Positions 1 to 11,100 of a stretch of DNA of 64,000 nucleotides are shown here, piece after piece (within the stretch, counting starts at the first letter, position 1; every line of letters begins with the position of its first letter). The DNA lies in the NCBI GenBank assembly GCA_965649825.1, contig OZ287702.1:1106786-1170785 (forward strand), written 5' to 3'. The notes under the pieces are model-generated. The model was given only the letters and a program-made list of their open reading frames with translations. It ran no database searches and was not told the DNA's origin. The translations under genes and the position numbers were made by a program. This stretch comes from Penicillus capitatus (Eukaryota > Plantae > Chlorophyta).

Positions 1-2927
1 TCCAGAGCGATCGCGCCTCCTTCTTCAGCACGGCAGCCAGTTATCGTGACATTTCGAAGCCAAAAGGAGACATTTCCAATGCCATTGAGGCTGCCTCCAT
101 ATTGGCTGAATCCATCGGCGAAGAAAGAGTCTGTCAGACGCACGTGTCCATCTCTCGTGGCATAGATGGATCCACCAGCAAGAGCACGATTTCTGGAGAA
201 ATTGCACAAGTGAAAGCTGGCGTTTGCTTGTTCGATGTAGATTGCTCCTCCAGGTCCTTCAGCTTCATTGGAAAGGAATTCGCAACGGGCGATTCTGGCA
301 AGGGCGCTGTGATGGATCATTAAGGACCCGCCGCTGTACGCTTTGTTCCTGGAAAAGATGGAATCTGTGGCTTCCAATTGACTTTCACCCGCACACGCAA
401 TTCCTCCGTAGCCCAGTTGTGTGGTGCTGTCAGAGATGTTGCTGATCTGGATGCGCAGGGTGCTGTTTTGCATGTAAATGCTGGCCCCGCTGTCTTGTGA
501 ATTGCACCCGGTGAGAGAGGAATGGCGAATACTGACCACAGAGCTTCTACTGATTACCATGCATCCTCCAAGTACTGCAGAGCCGTTTGTGAAAGAAGAG
601 TTCGAAATGACAATCTCGGAGAGCATAACGGAGAGATGACCACCATGGAGTGCTGTTCCCCCTGCAAAACGCGTCCGATTCAAGGAGAGGCTCCCTTCCT
701 CCATGTAGATAGAACCGCCGGATTCAGAGGCTTGGTTTCGCCACAGAAGGCTGTGACTGATGTATCCACGGCTTTGGGATCGTATGTACAGAGCACCGCC
801 AAACCTGGCAGCATTTCCCTCAAGGACGGAGTCTGAGATTTCCAGTCTGCTGTTATTGAAACAAGAGACAACGCCGCCGTTCTCCGCCCCTGTGTTGTTA
901 GCTGCCAAGATGTCCTTGATGACAGTCGTCGAAGCTTTGCTGTAGATGACGTTTCCCTCACTCGCTGCAGTGTTAGAGACGAATGTGACATTTTCGAAGC
1001 CGATTGAAGAGTGGCTTTGCAGATGGATAGCGCCTCCGTCTTGTCTGGCCTTACAGAACTGCACCGATGCGTGTCGGACTTGAGAGCGGCCGTCGTTCTC
1101 GAGTGCGATGCATCCACCGAATTCCCCTGATCCCCTTACGAACACAGATCGACTGATGTTCGAGATGGACTCTGTCGTGGCAAGAAACCCTCCTCGGTTG
1201 GCCGAGCCGTTCTCGAATTGACAATGGCGAATCGTCATGTTGGAGCCTTCTGTGTAGACACTGCCTCCTTTGTCGACCGCAGAGTTGTTCAAGAAATCGA
1301 GACGCGTGGCGTAGACATTGGACTCGGAGGCAAAGAAAGCACCGCCGTCTCTAGAGGCATGGTTCGAGAGGAGCACGCAGTGGTGGAGAAAGGCAGCGCT
1401 GTTCATCTCCAGAAAAAGGACACCCCCTCTGGTCGCGGTGTTCTCTTCAAACGAGGTGTCAGACAGAGAGACGTTGGATGCTTCGATGTAAAGGGCAGCT
1501 CCTGATGGACCTCTGTTCTTCCGGAAGATGCTGCTGGATACAGTGACTGAGCTCCTCGTAAGATAAAGACAGGGACTCGGTTGGTCGCCGTCTTCTTGGA
1601 AACTGACAGAGTTCTTCTGAAAGCTCGATCTTGACAAGGACAGCGATGCATCAGACAGGTGAAACACGGTCAGCACGTTCCGCGATACGACCAGTCCTTC
1701 GATGTTTGTATGAGATCCAGGAGGAGCGTGGAAGAGGTGAGTGTTTCTGTCCCGGGGGTCTTCCAAGCGATTTCTGGAGACGGTACAGTTCTCCATTCGG
1801 TTCTCCTGAGACAGGAGTGCACCGCATGCTTGGCCTGAACAGGTATTGTTCTGATACCGAACTGAGATCATCTCCACCGCCGAACACGACGGAGCTTGCA
1901 CTTTGAGCCCTGTCTCAGCCGCCAATTGATTGTCTCTCACGATGATGCTGATCCATCGGACTGTGCCCTCCATTCCTCCAGATCTGCACGGTGCCACCTC
2001 AACGATGGCCTCTCTGCTGTCCAAGCCAAAAGAACATCCTTCGAAGACCAGATTGGCAAAGGTCACATTTCTAGCCCTAAAGACCCTCGTCTAGTAGAGA
2101 CGTCACACATAGGACGGTTCTTACCGGATGAGGAAGAGACCTTCGTTTTCGCCAGGACAAGAGAGGTGCGCTTTTCTCCGAGATTGCTGAAGAATGATGT
2201 CTTCATCAAAGTCGACCGCGCCGATATCTGTGTTGAATGTCAGAGACCAGGGGATGATCAGCCGCGTTGCGAGTCGAGTCGTGTGTGTTGTGTTAAGGGC
2301 GATCGTGTCCCCAGGGCGAGTGCAATTAATGATCATCTGCAGGTCATTTCGCAATCGAAACATAATCGAATCGTCCACACGCCACCCCCTCTGCCCCACG
2401 CGAATGCGCGCCAAGAGAGGACTCCCTCTCAATGCGCATTCGAACTCTGTGCAGAAGGCGTCGATGAACACCGGAATGATAGATGCGAGACGAAAGGGGA
2501 GACTGGGTACCTGAAGAGGCCTCATCGCCGTTTTCGGCATCTCCGACGTCTTGCAACAAAGCCCGTCGCGTTTCCGTCGTCTAGCAAGTGGCACTAGCCT
2601 GTTAATGTCTGAGGAGTGTATCACTGTCGCTGTTACCGTGACGGGACGACGGTTGAGCGAGAGGCTATACTCGGCGTCTGTTCCAAGGAAGAACGCCCGC
2701 GTCCGTTTTGCGTCTGGAATCGGGTAATAGGCTACTAAAGCGGGTAGTGATTTGCGGCATGGTTGGCCCTCCTGGCCGAAAAGGGTACCTGGCGTTTTCG
2801 ACGAGGGTGACGGTCTCACTCTACGTTCTTCGCTTCCCGAGGCCCATGTCGCAGCAGTGCAGTGGGGTAATAGAAACAATACCACCGAAAACAATGACAC
2901 CAGCCGACTATCGCAGTGCGGTCCCAT
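1..2927 (-). CDS. Secreted/surface right-handed beta-helix protein with polymorphic-membrane-protein-like GGA(I/L) repeats; spliced, runs off the left edge
   Basis: ATG at 2927 gives a signal-peptide-like start (MGPHCDSRLVSLFSVVLFLLPHCTA). A stop-free minus-strand frame from ~2070 to base 1 has repeated FxxNxAxxGGA(L/I) motifs (FRKNRGPSGAALY, LEGNAARFGGALY, FLSNEAEGPGGAIY). The ORF track misses it because there is no stop inside the window. Confidence 0.75.
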
Positions 2928-4939
2928 TGAAAGGAAAGCAGTGGTCGACAGCTGAGAGAAGTCTCCTCCTCTGCCTGAATTTATGACATCGGTTAGCAGC
3001 GTGATCTGTAGGCATTGAGGTGTCTTTCGCAAATGAAAGTTGATGTGCATCATCAGGGGAATTTTTGGATGGAATAGACGGGAAAACGTGAAGAAACGGC
3101 GGATTGCCGTCGTCGTTCAAAGCGGACTAACTCTGTCTGCTGACCTAAAACGACTTGCGCTCTTCTTTAGGGTTGGACTCCGCCGAACGGAGAAGACTGC
3201 ATGTATATCGCAACGGATCAGTGGAATCGAAGAAGATTCGATTCTTAACGAGGCCGACTTGCACGCGCGGAGAAAATGCGTGGCAAACAAGCCCGCTATG
3301 ATGAGGAGAGCGGATAAACGGAAGATTTTGCGATACTCTTCGTCGCGGCGGGAACATTTGATTGTATTCGTGGCCGTGAAAGAAACAACATGCCAAGACA
3401 TGGAGATTCAGAGAAGAGATGGGAACAGTTCTCACGTGATCAGATCCTCATCGGATAACATGTCCAGAGGAAGCGATGATGGGTTTGAATGATCGATAGA
3501 AGACGTCACGGATGACAGTCGAGGAAGAATATGGACAATACGAATTTTAACCAATAGCCCTGCGCGCAGCTACACAGACAGTTCGTTGCTGTGGTTGGAT
3601 ATCGGAGATGGAAAAGATGTAAAGCTAGTGTGACATTCTGCAGTTTGAAAGAGGCTCCACTCGTCGCGTATCCTCCATTGTTGGCAGCCGACCTCGAGCC
3701 ACCTCCACTCGTCACAGATAGGACGGCATCGACGCAACAAATTACCAGATTGAACGTCATTTCAGCCATAACCGAACATCTGTTTGACTGGATGTGCGAA
3801 GACAGGAGGGCTTCCTTCTTCGACTGAACGGAGATGACGGTATCCTGTTGAACCGAGCATTTCTGCGGATCCTCCCAGGTGTTTTTCGAGACATTTTGCG
3901 AACGCACACCGCTGGCTCTCGTGTCTGTCGACAGCACTGGCTCCGAAGCCTAGCGCGTGCCAAACGCAACTCCATCGCCGAAAGAGAACTCTCCGTCTCT
4001 GTCCTCACAGGCCTCACCTTCAGTTTCATTGATTAGCCAAACAAATTCTTTCGAATCTGCATTTATCTCGTCGGAAAACTGTCGTACTCATTTCTGAACC
4101 TTGTTTGTCTGCGTATTCCGCCCGCAAAGAGTCTATCAACAAATTCGACGAGGTGAAGCCAAGACCCCTTTATCTTAAACCGAATTGGTTTCCATCCGCA
4201 GAACGACTTCACGAGCATCTGCGAGTCACCGTACCCTCAAAAAATGGATAACGGTTCCCTCTCCGCCGCCAAACCGTTAAAACGACCAGTGGGAAAGGCA
4301 AGCAACTATGTTTTGACAAAGACGGTAAGCATGCATATTAGACTCGTCCTCATTCGTTGTCACGGCAAACGTTTCTCCAGCACGAGCATCAGACGGTTGC
4401 CGAAGAATCCGCACGCATCGAAGACTGTCCGAAAAAGCCGGACGAAAGTGAAGCGTGGGTACAAGGCCGAACGGGAACACCGCATACGCCCGCCGTGGTC
4501 GATGCCGCGCTACATAATGACCAACCTCGACGGGCAGAGGTGCTCGACAACCGTAAGAGATTACGAGCTCCGAATTGAGCGTTTTCGTTCAGGCTACCCG
4601 ACGTGCAGGTGGCAATTCGAGTCTGAGATTCGACGTCTGTCAAGTTTCGAAGGTGACTGATTCATCCAATACTGAACACTTTTGTCGCAACAGCGTATTA
4701 ACAGATATGGGATCCTTTCAGCGTCGTCAACAAGTTTCCTTCGCACACCTCTCGTCTTTGCTGTCATGGAAAGGGTCTTTCGGTTCTCTTCCCCAAAGAC
4801 CTAGACCGTAAACCAGTACCACGCACCAAGTCGCGTCTGTCAAAAGGCACGACTGCTAATAATCCTTTCTCGGTCAACTTGATTCGACCACATTCGCATC
4901 AAGCAGAGTGGATTCGCCCTCAGACTTCAGTTCTCACGC

Positions 4940-7900
4940 ATGCTAAGGTGTTCTGCATTTGCTTCTGTTCCGGGTTATAAAGAGCTCCTTGCTCAGGGAA
5001 ATTTCGAGGATATCTGCGAGCTCGAAGTCAAGAGGCATGGCCTCGTGCAGATCTTTCGAGCGGGAGAGTCCTTCGCAGGGAGGATTTTCGAACGCATGGG
5101 ACCGTTTTCGAGAAGTACGACGGTTCCGCTCTTCTGCAAGGGCTTCTCCGACCCGGAAGAATCGATGCGAGGCCTGGCCCACCTGCCACAGAGTGCTCTG
5201 CATCATCGCGTCCACGTCCTCTCCGATCAGAATAGTGGCGTGGGGAAGTTCATTTACGTGGGAGATCTCGGGCTTCTGGGCGGCGGAGACAGAGAACCCC
5301 CGTCCAGCAGCGATGCACGCGGACACCAGACTGTCGCCGAAAGCAGTGCCTCTTGTTCAGCGACACAAAGAGATTTGACTCGTTCGGAAAGAGATCTCGT
5401 TCGGAGAGTTTTCGCCAAAAGATCGTACCGAAGCCTCGACGAAGTCGTAAAGGCGTTCAACGAAACGGATGACAATGAGCAGAAAGTAGGCTTGGTGAAA
5501 GTGATGCACAAGATCGTCTACGCCTTGAACGACATGCCCATCGAAGACGCAACCGACAACCGAGGGGCCATTATCCGGGAGTGTCTAGCCATGTGCAGAC
5601 TGCACAGTGCTGGCGGTGAACACCTGCTTCTCCACAAGGAGTTCTTCGACGGGCTTCGCGACATGCTGTGCGGCGACACTCTCAACGACAGACATGTGAT
5701 GGAGGCAATCGAGCACACGCTTCAGGGCGTCGACACCGAAGTTTTTGAGAACGATCCGAGCTGTCTCGTTCAACTCGCCGATTCTCTGTTCGCTGCGTTT
5801 GATCCGGACAGTATGAGCTTTTCGAGAGAGACATTCCCCGTGCAATGTAGCTCTATGCACGCTCTTTTCGAGTGTGTGAGGATCCTCCATGATGTCAGCT
5901 CGGGCGGTTGGGATCCAGAAAAGCTTGAAGGGCTCGACGCCAAGTTCGCGGACTGGTGTCGGCGAGTGATCGATCTTTCAGAATACTATCCATTGAACTT
6001 CCAAGCGACGCTGGTGGAGCAGAGTTTGACCTCTTTGCGAACTTCCAAGGGAGCCAACCGCAATGCGAACAATGCAAGGCGCATCGCCAATCTTGCGCGC
6101 GGATGGATGGGAAAATATCGAGCGGTGCGAAAAGCAATCCACCTTGACTTTGATCTTGGAAAACCAGAATCCGTGACAAGGGCGCCGAAACAAGCGCTGG
6201 CACAAGCGCTGAAACAAGCGAGACACAGCAATATCGTTTGGAATGAACAGTGCCGTACGTACCACCATGCACTCAACACTGCATGTTTCGCGGCCATGGA
6301 AGATCCGTCTAATTTTGAAGCATTCAACGATCTCGTGTCCTCCATCGTCCTCGAACAAGAAGCGTCCAACCGTGAACACTGCAAGGCTCTGAGGTTTGGC
6401 GTAGTGCAGATGTTGAACATGCTTTCTATCCACGGGAAGGCCGCCGAAGTGCGCGGGACGAGTGCCGAGACTCTCGTAAGCTTCGTCGAACGGACAGATG
6501 AATGGGACTGGGCAAGTGACGCTGATCTCTTCTCGGAGCTGCTCGATAACCTTGCAGAGTTGGGCGTCCAGGGTCACGACGATGAAAAGCGTGCAGCACA
6601 GGTCGCCATCGGAAGATTGATTTCACTCGCGCACAACCCGGAGTGTGAAGAAGCGCTGTTTAAGTGGCAAGCAGAAGAGAAAAACGAAGAAGAGCTCGAT
6701 TCGCTATCTTCCGGCCAATCGCGCGCTTTGGACAGCAAGCTATTTTCGCAAGTGTGGAAAAGCCTCGAAGACGAAGTATGCCTCGCGACGGCCGAAGGTC
6801 ATTCTCGACCGAAGAATGACCATTCTTTAGTCTCGCCTTACATCGTTCGCTACTTTGCTGGAAGGAAAGAAGAATTTGAAAAACTCATCAACGCGTTCAC
6901 AACGAGCAGCGAAGCAGTTGTCACCAAGGCAATAGTAGGCCCGGGCGGCATAGGAAAGACCCAGCTGGCAATAAAGGTTTTTGAACGTTTGAGGAACACA
7001 TGCAACTACGACAAAGCCTTCTGGATCCCTTCAGATTCCAGGGAGAGCCTCTTCGCCGCCTTCTTACAGATCGCAGATTATCTGATCATTTCCGCATATG
7101 ACGAAATCGCAGTGCTCGTCAAACGTGTTCATCAAGAGCTCGGGAGATCGCGATGTCTGTACGTCTTCGACGACGCCCCGGATCTCGATATGATTCGCAC
7201 ATATCTCCCGCCGCAAGCTGGACATGTCATTGTTACGACGAGAGACGTTGGAGTAGTGGGCTGGGAGAGAGACACGGTGCAGCTCGGGCCGTTCGACGAA
7301 TGCGAAGCGTGGTTTCTGGCAAAGCAATTTGGATATACCCAGTCGGCGAACTCGGAGGGTTTGGACGACTTGCTCGAGTTGTTTCCTCTCTATCCACTGA
7401 CTCTGGCGCAGTTTTTCTCGATGATGAAGTACGAGGGCGTGTCGAGCCCCGCAGAATGGTTTTATCAAGCAGAACGGTATGCTCCTCCTACGAAAAGCGA
7501 AGATAAGGCAGTAAAAATGCTCTCCGCGAAGCACGACGTTAGAGGAGCCAGTGCGATGGTTTTCCTGTTTCGCTCGAGCGTGCTGAGCATTTCAAACGAA
7601 CACGGCGATCTAGGAACGCATTGTCTTGATATACTCAGCAAACTGGCGCTGCTCGACCCAAATGGAGTGCCCATCGACTGGGTGTACAAATGGTACGAAC
7701 ATGAAGATTTACAAACCAAGATAAGAACGCAGAAATCCATAAGGCTCCTTGAGCGGTACTCTTATGTCTCGTGGAACGCAGAAAACAATCAGATCTACAT
7801 CCACGCCGAGACACAGCTTCTTGCAAGACAATTGCTTTTACACATCGATGAAATTACCACCGGCCGAGCCGAGGAGCGCAAAGAAGAGGCCGGAGACAAG

Positions 7901-9073
7901 GCCAGAGATCAAATAAACATCGTCTTGAATTCGATCGTTCAATCTATTGGCGATTTGAAAATGGATTGTTCAAATCGAGAATCGCAGACCTCGCTCACTC
8001 GAAACATGATTTCGCTCCTCGAACAGTGTGAGAAGAGCCAAAACATCAGCGCGGAGTTCGCATTAGTCAGAATCATGGGAAGGATTTTCGCCGAGATATG
8101 CATGTTTTCCGAGTCGCTCAAGTTCAATAAAAGGGCCCTAGAGATGTGCGAGCGCATTCGCTGTGGAGAAGATAATCCAGAACTCGTCTCCTGCATCGTG
8201 AACTGCAGCATCTCACTCTCGAAGATGGGAAGGGACAGAGAAGGCCTGCCTCTCATTGAGCGGGCCCTCGGGATGTGCGAGCGTGTCCACGGCGAAGTGG
8301 ACCATCCGGACCTGGTCCGTTGCATCAGAGAGTACGCTATCGCACTCTCAAAGCTGGGAAGGTACAACGAAGCTCTTCCGTTTGACAAAAAAGCCCTCGA
8401 TATGTGCGAGCGTCTCCATGGCGGTAAGGACCATGAGCAACTCGCCGATTGCATCAGAGAGTACGCTATCGAACTCTCAAAGCTGGGAAGGTACAGTGAA
8501 GCTCTTCCGTTTGACAAAAAGGCCGTTGAGATGTACGAGCGCATCCACGGAGGAGCAGACCATCCGGACCTCGCCGATTGCATCAGAGAGTACGCTATCT
8601 CACTCTCGAAGATTGGAGAGGACGACGAAGCTCTACCACTCCTCAGGAGAGCCCTCAAGATGTGCGAGCGCATCCACGGTGGAGTGGACCATCCGGATCT
8701 GATTCGTTGCATCCAAAACTACGGCGCCCTACTCGCAAAGACGGGAAGTAAGAGTCAAGCTTTACCACTCCTCAAGAAGGCCGTCGAAATGTTTAAGCGC
8801 CTCCACAAAGGAGCGGACCATCCGGAACGCGTTAATTGCATCAGAAACTATGCCGTCTTACTCTCGATGTTAAACAGAAACAACGAAGCTCTACCACACC
8901 TTAGGGAAGCCCTCGAGATGTGCGAGCGCATCCACGGAGGAGCGGACCATCCGGACCTCGTCGATTGTCTCAAAGAGTACGCCTTCGGACTTGCAAGGAT
9001 GGAAAGGCACATCGAAAAGGTTATCTTACTTAAAGAAGCGGAAGACATGCTTGATCGACTTGGCAACCAATGA
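4940..9073 (+). CDS. NLR-like STAND NTPase (NB-ARC type) with a helical N-terminal domain and C-terminal TPR array
   Basis: 1377-aa uninterrupted ORF with Walker A GPGGIGKT (~6938-6961), Walker B LYVFDDA, RNBS-like VIVTTR, and seven 43-aa TPRs. Small GT-AG exons between 4244 and 4940 may extend the 5' end. Confidence 0.9.
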   Translation: MLRCSAFASVPGYKELLAQGNFEDICELEVKRHGLVQIFRAGESFAGRIFERMGPFSRSTTVPLFCKGFSDPEESMRGLAHLPQSALHHRVHVLSDQNSGVGKFIYVGDLGLLGGGDREPPSSSDARGHQTVAESSASCSATQRDLTRSERDLVRRVFAKRSYRSLDEVVKAFNETDDNEQKVGLVKVMHKIVYALNDMPIEDATDNRGAIIRECLAMCRLHSAGGEHLLLHKEFFDGLRDMLCGDTLNDRHVMEAIEHTLQGVDTEVFENDPSCLVQLADSLFAAFDPDSMSFSRETFPVQCSSMHALFECVRILHDVSSGGWDPEKLEGLDAKFADWCRRVIDLSEYYPLNFQATLVEQSLTSLRTSKGANRNANNARRIANLARGWMGKYRAVRKAIHLDFDLGKPESVTRAPKQALAQALKQARHSNIVWNEQCRTYHHALNTACFAAMEDPSNFEAFNDLVSSIVLEQEASNREHCKALRFGVVQMLNMLSIHGKAAEVRGTSAETLVSFVERTDEWDWASDADLFSELLDNLAELGVQGHDDEKRAAQVAIGRLISLAHNPECEEALFKWQAEEKNEEELDSLSSGQSRALDSKLFSQVWKSLEDEVCLATAEGHSRPKNDHSLVSPYIVRYFAGRKEEFEKLINAFTTSSEAVVTKAIVGPGGIGKTQLAIKVFERLRNTCNYDKAFWIPSDSRESLFAAFLQIADYLIISAYDEIAVLVKRVHQELGRSRCLYVFDDAPDLDMIRTYLPPQAGHVIVTTRDVGVVGWERDTVQLGPFDECEAWFLAKQFGYTQSANSEGLDDLLELFPLYPLTLAQFFSMMKYEGVSSPAEWFYQAERYAPPTKSEDKAVKMLSAKHDVRGASAMVFLFRSSVLSISNEHGDLGTHCLDILSKLALLDPNGVPIDWVYKWYEHEDLQTKIRTQKSIRLLERYSYVSWNAENNQIYIHAETQLLARQLLLHIDEITTGRAEERKEEAGDKARDQINIVLNSIVQSIGDLKMDCSNRESQTSLTRNMISLLEQCEKSQNISAEFALVRIMGRIFAEICMFSESLKFNKRALEMCERIRCGEDNPELVSCIVNCSISLSKMGRDREGLPLIERALGMCERVHGEVDHPDLVRCIREYAIALSKLGRYNEALPFDKKALDMCERLHGGKDHEQLADCIREYAIELSKLGRYSEALPFDKKAVEMYERIHGGADHPDLADCIREYAISLSKIGEDDEALPLLRRALKMCERIHGGVDHPDLIRCIQNYGALLAKTGSKSQALPLLKKAVEMFKRLHKGADHPERVNCIRNYAVLLSMLNRNNEALPHLREALEMCERIHGGADHPDLVDCLKEYAFGLARMERHIEKVILLKEAEDMLDRLGNQ
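8171..9060 (+). repeat. Tandem 129-nt (43-aa) TPR-coding repeats, about 7 units
   Basis: The GA(C/T)(C/A)AT..G anchor (DHPD/DNPE) recurs at 8171, 8300, 8429, 8558, 8687, 8816 and 8945. Confidence 0.9.
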
Positions 9074-9509
9074 ACCTGCTTTCTTATTGACTTCATCTCT
9101 GTCTTAAACCTTCGATGTTCTTAAAGCTCTCTTGCTATGTTTTAAAGATTTTAAAACGGTATGCTAGCAAAATTACCTTGATTGTCACATTCAAATGCCG
9201 TATGAAATCTGTCACACTGAGATACAAAACGGGGGACAATGAGTCTTGTTAACATCTCAGATTTTAAGATCGTTTACGTTCGCGTGTGTTGTTCACGACA
9301 GCGCGACATGGTTTTGCACTTGCCGGTCCAAGATGCAAAGTGGTCTACGCATTTTCGCCGGCCTTTTTTCGCGTTGTTTCCTTCGGGATGTGTCTGTTAA
9401 ACGTTGCTTCAGAAGACGCAGTAAAGTTCTTAAAAGAAAGCTCGTGCGCAGAAGTTCCAAATCTAATCGAATCTCTTTTTACTTATACGCATGATGTGAT
9501 GTTACCACC

Positions 9510-11100
9510 GTGCTGAGCACGGGACGATGTTCAGTAATGATCTTCATTACTTGCCTTCATCATCCCATCTCGACAGTGTCCGCTACACCTATCCTCGAAA
9601 AGAGTGAACGTGTTTCTGTTCGACAGCATAACTTTTCTGACCGTCGCACTACAGTATCTCCTACGCGCAAAGTGGTCCGTGGGAATTTTTCTGGTGTCGG
9701 TCGGATTCTGCATAACCCCCAACTAATCACTCATGTCACTACTTCGGATCCTGATTCATCTGAGCGCCCAGATGTTCATTCGGGATTGCAGTCCATTCCC
9801 TTTTCTGTTTGGCAGCCTCGTTTTCCTTACTTGTTTACTGATGACAATTGTGGATATGGTATATCTGCACCTCATAGGGCTCTCGCTGTTCACGCCAATG
9901 AACTCGTTTGGAAGTCTCCTGTTCCTTTCTCGAATTTTGGTACTCCTCCGTGGTTGACGGATTGTTCTCCTCAGGCTGCACAAGCTGAGATTCGGTCACT
10001 ACTATCCAGAGGGGTTATTCAGGAACTCAAACCTTTTGACCGTGGATTCTTTCGCCGATTGTTTCCTTAAAAACCTGATGGTCGTGTTAGAGTTGTGATG
10101 GGGGTACACCAACGGTTCTGGCCCCGCGGACCGGACACGCTGTCCGCTTCCTGATGGGACGGCGGTCCGCGGGTGCCGACGGGTATATAAGCTGACGTCA
10201 CGCCCTGCCTGTAGCATTTGCATTTGCTCAGGTTCGTCCCTCCGCTTCGCCGTGGCGCGTGCGCGCGACGCGGTGCGTCTTTCGTTTGGCATCCCCGTCA
10301 AGTTGTTGTCGATTTTCAAAAGTTAAATCTTTACTCTGAGGTGTGGAACTCGTACACCCCTGATACTTGCACCGCTCTTCGTGCGGTTGATCCATCTTGG
10401 CGTTTGTTTACTGTCCTTGACCTTCGAGATGGTTACTTTCATATACCTGTCGACACTTCCTTAAGTTCACTGTCTTGCTTCTTTTGTTTTGGTCGCCGAT
10501 ATCGTTTCGTGACACTTCTCAAGGTTGGACATCCAGTGTTGGATTCTTCAATGATAGAGTGCGGCGTATTTTGGGCCACCTCCCAGGCACTGCTTATTTT
10601 GATGACATTGTTGTGGGGGACACGATGAGAAATCACACGGTCGTAATTTGGAGGCCGTCTTATCAGCTTTACAGACTGCTGGAATGCACGTGAACCCATA
10701 AAAAGTTCAGCTTTGTAGCCCGACTGTACAGTTCTTGGGTTTTCTCTATCTGGTGATGCGTACCATCAACGCAATTATATCTCTAGGCAACTTGCCCAAT
10801 TAATTGCCAGCGGTTAGTTCGAAGAAAGATCTTCAACGTATTTTGGGTATTTTCACTGCGTGTCGGGGTACTTGTCCTGGGTAGGGGCTTGCTAGCGCAC
10901 CTCTTGACGCTTATCTTCAAACCCGTGTTCGAGAAGTTGACTGGTCGGTGGTGCAAAACATCGTCCGTTCGGTGGCCGCCCATCTACTACGTGACTCGCT
11001 TTCTTTTTGGCGTTGTGTTTCCTGTCCTGTTTTTCACTTAGAAGTCGATGCTCCTCTCTTCAGAACTCCGTCCGGTATTATAGAGTCCTACGTTGTGGAC
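9510..11100 (+). mobile_element. Degenerate retroelement pol relic (RT plus start of RNase H), Ty3/gypsy- or DIRS-like
   Basis: Motifs LLSRGVIQE, KPDGRVRVVVDFQKLN (after removing the insertion), VLDLRDGYFHIP, YFDD, VQFLG and FHLEVDA. It has stops and frameshifts. Confidence 0.85.
10096..10300. mobile_element. Solo LTR (205 bp) inserted in the RT
   Basis: TG...CA ends with an imperfect terminal inverted repeat (TGATGGGG / CCCCGTCA). 5-bp target-site duplication AGTTG at 10091-10095 and 10301-10305. Internal TATATAAG. Excision restores the RT frame. Confidence 0.8.

Noticed and set aside
1040-1340. Apparent frameshifts in the beta-helix ORF
   Set aside because: Re-reading near 1330 and near 60 showed the frame is continuous. 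The ORF is absent from the track only because it lacks a stop within the window.
3040-4040. Short ORFs upstream of the beta-helix gene
   Set aside because: No recognisable motif or consistent exon chain; possibly a decayed fragment, but not supportable.
7939-8712. 257-aa repetitive minus-strand ORF and the 148-aa alternate-frame ORF
   Set aside because: These are shadows of the TPR repeats in the NLR gene.
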